Origin: Saprolegnia diclina VS20
Taxonomy: Eukaryota
Reading direction: 5' to 3'
DNA: 53,700 nt
NCBI RefSeq assembly: GCF_000281045.1
Contig: NW_008246068.1
Location: 518,859-572,558 of the forward strand
Part shown: positions 46,903 to 53,700 of the stretch, in pieces
How positions within the stretch are numbered: position 1 is the first letter of the stretch
How the letters are laid out: the number at the start of each line of letters is the position of its first letter
The notes under the pieces: model-generated
What the model saw: only the letters and a program-made list of their open reading frames with translations
Database searches by the model: none
Told to the model about the DNA's origin: nothing
Made by a program: the position numbers and the translations under genes

Positions 46903-47433
46903 ATGAAGTTCCTCACGATTGCCGCTGCGTTCGCCGCCACTGCGCTCGCCCACGAAGGCCACGACCACAGCGACCACGTCGACTGCAGCACGGAGCAAGC
47001 CGCGACGATCAAGACCTTCTTGAGCACGCCGCCGCCGGCCGCGTGCACCAGCGTGTGGACGGCGCAGCCGACCCTCGACCAGCTTGCCACGTATTTTGCG
47101 AAAAACCCGGCGTCGGTCGCCAAGCTCTGCGCCAACGCCGGCTGCAAGACGTACTTTACCGGCATGGCCGCGCTCCCCGACTGCATGTACATGATCCCGA
47201 GCACCTCGATCGAAGCCAACTTTAAGGACGGCGCCAAGGATGCGCTCGAAGGCTGCGGCAGCTCCAACTCGACGGCCCCCACCAATGGCACGACGATCAC
47301 GACGCCGGCGCCGACCGCGGCCAAGACCACGGCCCCGACTTCTGCCCCGACGGCCAAGCCGTCGTCGGCCAACGCGCTCGCCGCCTTCTCGCTCTCGGCG
47401 GCCGTCGCCACGGTGGCCGCGGCCCTCGCGTAA
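46903..47433 (+). CDS. Elicitin-like secreted protein, probably GPI-anchored
   Basis: Signal peptide MKFLTIAAAFAATALA; six Cys in elicitin spacing including LCANAGC and LPDC; Thr/Pro/Ala-rich stalk; hydrophobic C-terminus SSANALAAFSLSAAVATVAAALA*. No introns. Confidence 0.85.
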   Translation: MKFLTIAAAFAATALAHEGHDHSDHVDCSTEQAATIKTFLSTPPPAACTSVWTAQPTLDQLATYFAKNPASVAKLCANAGCKTYFTGMAALPDCMYMIPSTSIEANFKDGAKDALEGCGSSNSTAPTNGTTITTPAPTAAKTTAPTSAPTAKPSSANALAAFSLSAAVATVAAALA

Positions 47434-47847
47434 TCCAATCGAACGTTTAGTCGATCGGTCCTACTACTGGGTGCTGACGACCCCGTTGATGTCTCGTCTC
47501 TATTCTCAATACAGTGCATTTTAACGTGTTTCATCCACTGTTTCTGGCACGAGGCAACCGGCATACTTTGGAGCGTATTGTTCGTCGCTACACGCCGCTG
47601 CACAGCTCACCGCCGCCTCGGTGAGCTATGGCGGTCTCGCGGCTCGTCGACGCACCGGCCGAGTCACGGACAAGCTTGGACCTCCTCCTGACATGGATTC
47701 AGGCACCCAATTGAGCGAGTATTGAGAAATGCAGCTCATTTGAGATATTTACGATACATTCCATGTCACGGCGTTCTTAACCGGATGCCATGTGCGTACT
47801 TAGCCGAGGCAGTAGCCGTGAAATGGTCAGTGGCAAGTTGCAACACG

Positions 47848-48873
47848 ATGAGCGTGCACGAGATGGCTGCTGCGCTCGCCGTGGCCAGCGGCCGCCAGCT
47901 CAGCGACGCCAGCGCCGGCCCCGATCCGAAGGAGCCGATCGAGATGATCATGCTCTACACGGTCGCGCTCGCGCTCTCGTCCAGTATGTGCTTTGTCACG
48001 TGCCTCACGGTCTTCAAGTGGGCGTCGGTCCACGCCAACGCGTGCCATGGCACATTCTTCATGTTCTTTGTGAGCAAAGGCCTCTGGTTCTTCGTACGGC
48101 TCGTGTACACCTTTAGCATGTACCTCAACGGACGTGTGCCCAATTTGCGCGTCCCGACGATCCTCTTCTCGCGCGTCGTGTCCGACTCGTGCACGATCGC
48201 GGCCTGCTCGTGGTTCATTGCGTCCGTCTACGAGCTGCAGCGATGGGTCTTTCGCCCGCGCTCGGCCATTGAGAGCCGCCGCGCCATGCGGCGCTACAAC
48301 CTCACCTGCTATGGCCTCGCGCTCCTCTACCTCTTGCCGGTCGGTACCGTTAGCTACGTCGAGCTCACCGAGCACGATGAGCCACAAGAAAACGACTTGA
48401 CGACGACGCTGTACTACACGGCGATGGTCATCTTTGTCATCCGCATGGTCTCGATCGTGTATCCGATGGGCGTCGCGGTCGCCCTGCACCTGCGCGGCGA
48501 CGACATCAAGGACAGCATCGGCGACGCGGTCCTCGACGGCCACTCGTTTCGCAACATTCGGCTTGTCGTGACCGTCTTTTGCGTCCTCAACATCCCGTTC
48601 TTGTTTGTCGACAGCCACCTCTTCTCGCTCGACACGATGAGTTCGTCGTCGGCCGTGATTCTGCGCGCGTGCTTTCGCATGCTGCCCTACTCGAGCGGTG
48701 CAGCGACCTCGTTTGTCATGGGGTATTATCTCACGGGCTTTGACGAATTTTACAAAGTCAAGCGCGAGCCGCCGACGGTGCGCGCCCACGACTCGGCGTC
48801 CGCGTCATTTGCGTCCTTCGAGTGCCACATGACGATCCGCAACCAGCACTCGTTCTTTGTCGTGTCCGATTGA
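47848..48873 (+). CDS. Seven-transmembrane (GPCR-like) membrane protein
   Basis: Intronless ORF with seven hydrophobic segments, from MIMLYTVALAL.. to ..GAATSFVMGYYL, and 'SVYELQRWV' at the end of TM3. Confidence 0.75.
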   Translation: MSVHEMAAALAVASGRQLSDASAGPDPKEPIEMIMLYTVALALSSSMCFVTCLTVFKWASVHANACHGTFFMFFVSKGLWFFVRLVYTFSMYLNGRVPNLRVPTILFSRVVSDSCTIAACSWFIASVYELQRWVFRPRSAIESRRAMRRYNLTCYGLALLYLLPVGTVSYVELTEHDEPQENDLTTTLYYTAMVIFVIRMVSIVYPMGVAVALHLRGDDIKDSIGDAVLDGHSFRNIRLVVTVFCVLNIPFLFVDSHLFSLDTMSSSSAVILRACFRMLPYSSGAATSFVMGYYLTGFDEFYKVKREPPTVRAHDSASASFASFECHMTIRNQHSFFVVSD

Positions 48874-48984
48874 GGACACATGTATAGACTTAGTAAGAAA
48901 ATGAATCTACAATTTTTGATTAAGACATAGTGTCCACACTCTTGCACGGAAAGCACGTCGATCGCGAACACTCGAAACTATACG

Positions 48985-49595
48985 CTAGACGTCGTACTTG
49001 GCGAGCAACTTGGTGGCGTCACGCAGTGCCTTGAACTCGAGGTTGTTGCCGCTCGGGTCCTTGAGAAACATCTTCCACTGCTCGCCATGCGTGCCTTCGT
49101 AGCGCACGTGGGGCTTGATGTGGAAGGTCACTCGCTGGGTCGTGAGGTGCTTTGCGAGCCACTGGAACTCGGGGACACTCAAGCAGACGCCGAAATGCGG
49201 CATGGGAATCTCATCATGAGCTACACATCGACTTGTAGTCGGCGCCACCGCAAATACGAGTTCGTACCCACGGGCAAGTCGAGGCACCGGTACGTCGGGC
49301 CGGCATCGTGGATCACGAGCTGGTGTCCCCACATGTTATAAATCTATTCGCATTGGATCAGCGATCAGCCGAGATGTCGGAGGGAGCCTGGTACCTGGTA
49401 CTGGGTCGTCCCGTGACCTTCCTGGAGCGCCAGGATCGTGCCGTAAAAGTGCTTGGCTAAACGACATATGCGTGGGTTGGAGGTTGAGCAAATGTGAGCT
49501 ATTGTACCTTCTTTCATGCTGTGGACGGGCACAGCGAGATGGAACGGCGCCATTGGTGCCGCCTGCTTCTCATCGACAGTCTCGGGTTTCGACAT
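48985..49595 (-). CDS. VOC (COG3565-type) protein, paralogue 2
   Basis: Motifs PFHLAVPVHS, GHQLVIH, IPMPHFG and GEQWKMFLKDPSGNNLEFK. Three introns at the same positions as paralogue 1. Confidence 0.88.
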
Positions 49596-49822
49596 GGTCA
49601 CTTGGCCACTGGCCAAGGACACCAACGCGCCGTTGGCCTAAAAATATACGCGGATGATGGCGCCTTGCCAACGCTCGATGCTAAACTCGTCCTGCTGCGT
49701 ATGCTTGCTCCTTAGAAAATGACCGTCCCGGCGTTTCCCGAGCGACATACCCAGCTTGGACTGTATCAATCTATCGAGCTGAATCGACACAAATCAAAAG
49801 AATATATAAAATTCAGATGGAT

Positions 49823-50426
49823 TTACGTCTCGCTGTAAGCGGTAAACATCGCTTCGGGGTGGACGTACGCCTTGAACTCGAGGTTGTTGCCACTCGGATC
49901 GCGAAAAAAGATCTTCCACTGCTCCCCGGGACGACCAGCGTACCGCACGTGGGGCTTGTGTACGATCTGGACGCCCTTGTGTGACGCGACCCGGGCACAG
50001 AGCGCGTGGAACACGGGCACGGTCAAGCACAAGCCAAAGTGGGGCATGGGCACGTCGTCGTGCTCTATTTGAGAGGACTTTGTACAGGCATGTTGGCGGG
50101 CGAAATTGCAGTACCATTGACGATCTCTAGCGCCCGGTAGGTAGGGCCCGCATCGTGGAGCACCAGTTGGTGGCCGTACATGTTGAGCATCTGCAGAGAC
50201 CATTTGCTTGTGTGTCGTAAGACATAGTGTACGAGGTCATACCTGCCAGTACTTGGACGACGCGCCGTCCGTGCAGCCGAGCGCATCTTTGTAAAATGCT
50301 GTGGCTACAAAAGATGTCAAAGCGGGAGGTCGGCAGGGTGATTGTACCGAGCGGGAGATCGTGGACGGCGATCGCGAGGTGGAACGGGGGCATGTACGCG
50401 CTGGACGATGGCAACGCAGGGCTCAT
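49823..50426 (-). CDS. VOC (COG3565-type) protein, paralogue 3
   Basis: Motifs PFHLAIAVHD, GHQLVLH, VPMPHFG and GEQWKIFFRDPSGNNLEFK. Same three introns. Confidence 0.88.
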
Positions 50427-51842
50427 GGCGCGAGGTGGTAACTTCAAGAGTGCGCTGGTTCAACAGCAATCCAGCTGCCACGTTTTTAGACGCGGAAAGT
50501 TGAAGTGCGCATTGCGGAAAGGCTATGGACGCGTGCACGTGCACTTCAAGTGCTCGCACTTGAAAATGCTATCACGCGATTCGACAAGCAAAGAACGCAA
50601 TTCTCCAATTTTCCGCGCGCTGATTTGCTGGTCGAGTAGCGAGAAGCAACCTGGTTCTTACGGTACACCCCGCGTTGTCCTCCGATCAGGTTGATCGACC
50701 AGTCTTGCGAAATGATAATATAATTTTGTGAAATGATCGCTCGGCCAGGAAAAATGTACTGTGGTCGCACGACAACGTCACTGTGCAATGATCAATATAC
50801 GCACTTCTTACGGGCTGGACTACGACGCACATGCATCACTGTGGACCATCTATCATTCCTGAATGATTGGAGTGATAGGAGACAGCCGCGGAAGCTTTTA
50901 CCAGCAATAAATCACCAGGTCGACGCTGAAATTTCCTCCTCGTTGCTGGCTTTGAACAAGCAACGTGGAGGAATTGGACTGACGAGCCAGGGGCTCGAGA
51001 CGCTACAGTGGAGTTGGTTGTTCAACCACGGTATTCTACCAATACGAGCAGCCGCAATACCCGAGCTCGTTCGTGTCTGGTCATGCTATCGTAGACCGCA
51101 CACTCGATACATAGATAGCTTCTCTCGCCCGTCAACGCGTTCCTAGCTATGCCACTTGGACTCGATCTTGACCTCAGCTTTCTGGAGTAAGCAGTGGTTG
51201 GCGGCTCGTGAGGCGGGTCCAAGCCATTCCGATGCAAATGGGAATGCTGGTCGCTACCGCTGTATCCCATGCTGGCGCCGGACCCTGTCGCTCACAGATA
51301 GGAGTTCGAACACGGTGGTCAACCTCCTAGACACGACGTCACATGCAATCTATACGCAAAATAGAAAAAGCCCGGCAAATCGAGTGAGCCCATGTGCTGG
51401 CTTCCCTACGACACACGCGCGAAGATTCCTTTTTGATTCACCCACACTTGACTTGGAGGAGGCGACGCACGAGCTGCAAGGAGCTGCTGTGGCGCTCACG
51501 CGTTGCGACCTCTGAACCCACGACACCATCTGCTCGTTCACAACCAGCGGCAACCGCACGTGTCCAGCCGAATCTGGGATGGAGCTCGGCCGTTCTCATA
51601 TCGTTTTGTGCTATATGAGGCGTCCCTGTCGTTGCGAGACAGGCTTCTTGCCGCTCGAAAGTGTCGGTTGTTCCAGCGTCCGTTGCGATACTCGAAGGAA
51701 CTACCTTTGGCGACCCAGTTTGCACCATAGTTGTCCATTGAATCTGATGCAGATTCGAATCCGGGGGCCAACGAATCTTGAATGGACCTGTAATGGATGT
51801 CGATGGTGGCAACGTCAAGTCGCTGCATGAACCTGCGCTCCA

Positions 51843-51858
51843 TGTCATTTTCAAATTA
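51843..51858 (+). promoter_or_regulatory. Oomycete Inr+FPR core promoter element
   Basis: tgTCATTTTCAAATTa (one mismatch to the consensus), about 20 nt upstream of the ATG at 51878. Confidence 0.55.
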
Positions 51859-51877
51859 GCGACCAACACGTCTCATC

Positions 51878-53680
51878 ATGAAGTTCGCCGCGTGTCTTGT
51901 TGCGCTGGCGACCGCCGTCGCATCGGACGAAAGCCCGTCGTGGGTCGGCGGCCTCGGCACGATTCACTCGGTCGCCGATAGTTGCATTGAAAACGACGTG
52001 CATGTGTGTGCGTACCACGCCCGGAGCCGGCAGCTCGGCGCCAGCGCGGCCGCGTCGATCACTCTCTCGTCGACGTCGATCCCGCACCTCTCGACCCTCA
52101 ACGTCACCTTCCAAGTCGAGTCGCCGACGCCGAACGACCGCATCACCGCCTACTGCGCGTCCAGCGTCAACAGCACCGTCGACAGCGACTACATGGACTT
52201 TCAGCCGACCAAGGGGGTCGCCAGCGCCACGCTCACCTTTGGGCCGCTCGTCAATATGCGGTGCGACTACCAGTTTCGGTACCAAAAAGAAACCAGCCCC
52301 AAGACGTTCGTGACGGTCGCGACCAGCCCCGTCGTGACCATGACGGCCGGCGTCACCGAGCCGCTCCAAGTGCACATTGCACTGACGGGCAAGGCCGACG
52401 AGATGCGCATCATGTGGACGTCCGGGTCCGTCGCCGCACCGCGCGTGCGCTACGGCATTGCGCGCGACAACTGCGGCGGTGGCGACCTCGACAAGTCAGC
52501 GATTGCCTCGAGCAGCTCGTATGCCGCGTCCGACATGTGCGGGGCACCGGCGTCGACGGTGTCCGCGCAGCGCTTCATTCCAGTCGGTACGCTCTACGAC
52601 GCCGTTCTCACTGGCCTCGCACCCAACGCCAAGGTGGCGTACCAAGTGGGCAGCGACGTCGGCGGGTGGAGCGACGTCTTTACGTTTACCATGCCCGATA
52701 TTGCGTCGCCCAAACCGTCGAGCTTCTTTGTGTTTGGCGACATGGGCACGTGGACCACCGCGACGGGCGGCCTCGGCCTCGACGGGCGGTCGCTCTCGAC
52801 GGCCAAGCGGGTTGCCGACGACATGGTCAACGGACAGTACGTTGCCGCCTTGCACATTGGCGACCTCTCGTACGCCGACAGCGTCGGGTACATCTGGGAG
52901 CAGTTCATGGCACTCGTGCAGCCCATTGCCGCCAAGTTGCCGTATATGGTGAGCGTCGGCAACCACGAGTACGCGTACACGTCGTCGGTGCAAGCGGTCG
53001 ATGTGTCCGGCGAGACCAAGTGCTTCTTTGCGTCGCCCGACATGGCGAAAGCGAGCTCCGGCGGCGAGTGCGGCGTGCCGACCGCGCGCCGGTACCACAT
53101 GCCCAGCAACGGCAACGGCGTGTTTTGGTACAGCTTTGACCTCGGGTTGGCCCACCACGTGGTCGTGAGCAGCGAGCACGATTTCAACGCGGGCAGCCGC
53201 ATGCGCAAGTGGCTGGAAGCCGACTTGGCTGCGGTGAACCGGGCCGCGACGCCGTGGGTCTTCCTCCATGTCCACCGCCCGATGTACGTGTCGATCGACA
53301 CCAAGAACGACCAGGCGTACAACAAGCTGTCGCAGGCCGCGTACGAACCGGTGCTCGCCAAGTTTGGCGTCGACGCCGTCTTTACGGGCCACGTGCACAA
53401 CTACGAACGGACGTGCCCGGTCCTCGGCGGCGTCTGCAAAGTCGCTGGCGACGGCAAGGCATTGGCGCCAACCCACATTATGATTGGCACGGCCGGCAAG
53501 CTCTTGGACGAAGGCGCGAATGTGCCGTCGGCGTGGAGCGTCGCCAAGAAGCACGAGTACGGCTACGGCCGCATGCACCTGCTCAACGCGTCGCACGCGC
53601 ACTTTGAGTTTGTGCGCGACGTTGACGGTGTCGTCTCGGACGACGTCTGGCTCGTCTCGGACCATGCATGGGCAGCGTAA
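51878..53680 (+). CDS. Secreted purple acid phosphatase (long type with Fn3-like N-terminal domains)
   Basis: Signal peptide, and all five metal-binding blocks are present: GDMG, GDLSY, GNHE, HVHRPMY and GHVH. Intronless, 600 aa. Confidence 0.93.
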   Translation: MKFAACLVALATAVASDESPSWVGGLGTIHSVADSCIENDVHVCAYHARSRQLGASAAASITLSSTSIPHLSTLNVTFQVESPTPNDRITAYCASSVNSTVDSDYMDFQPTKGVASATLTFGPLVNMRCDYQFRYQKETSPKTFVTVATSPVVTMTAGVTEPLQVHIALTGKADEMRIMWTSGSVAAPRVRYGIARDNCGGGDLDKSAIASSSSYAASDMCGAPASTVSAQRFIPVGTLYDAVLTGLAPNAKVAYQVGSDVGGWSDVFTFTMPDIASPKPSSFFVFGDMGTWTTATGGLGLDGRSLSTAKRVADDMVNGQYVAALHIGDLSYADSVGYIWEQFMALVQPIAAKLPYMVSVGNHEYAYTSSVQAVDVSGETKCFFASPDMAKASSGGECGVPTARRYHMPSNGNGVFWYSFDLGLAHHVVVSSEHDFNAGSRMRKWLEADLAAVNRAATPWVFLHVHRPMYVSIDTKNDQAYNKLSQAAYEPVLAKFGVDAVFTGHVHNYERTCPVLGGVCKVAGDGKALAPTHIMIGTAGKLLDEGANVPSAWSVAKKHEYGYGRMHLLNASHAHFEFVRDVDGVVSDDVWLVSDHAWAA

Positions 53681-53700
53681 TCTCTTACGACAAGAGAGAT

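Noticed and set aside
47604..47627. 9-bp hairpin AGCTCACCG-n6-CGGTGAGCT downstream of the elicitin-like gene
   Set aside because: A single short GC-rich stem with no U-tract or target-site duplication, in a eukaryote. Chance occurrence is plausible.

Overview
Gene-dense eukaryotic DNA, most likely from an oomycete (Saprolegniales-like). That assignment is an inference from the very short ~39-70 nt GT-AG introns, high GC at third codon positions, Inr-FPR core promoters, an elicitin-like gene and WRKY19-like zinc-finger genes. I reconstructed 20 protein-coding genes by manually splicing across the ORF track, so exon boundaries are hand predictions. Recognisable genes: GFAT (glmS-type), ELF1/ELOF1, a mitochondrial PPR protein, a purple acid phosphatase, an elicitin-like GPI protein, a 7TM protein, three VOC/glyoxalase paralogues, two WRKY19-like Zn-finger paralogues and two Mut-7/EXD-like exonuclease-C2H2 paralogues. 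The strongest candidates for undescribed biology are: (1) a GFAT whose catalytic N-terminal Cys sits behind a 58-aa mitochondrial-like bipartite presequence; (2) a giant EF-hand protein with four tandem, apparently catalytically dead PhoD-like modules that share intron positions, one of them a probable GC-AG intron; (3) a tandem pair of one intact and one dead DEDDy exonuclease, each fused to zinc fingers; (4) unusual multidomain scaffolds (EF-hand/dsRBD-like/ANK/WW/TRAF/Gly-rich, FHA plus two adaptin-platform-like domains, and a Calx-beta/CBM96-like surface protein). I found no rRNA, credible tRNA, CRISPR array or intact transposon. No database searches were run; domain calls come from motif recognition by eye.
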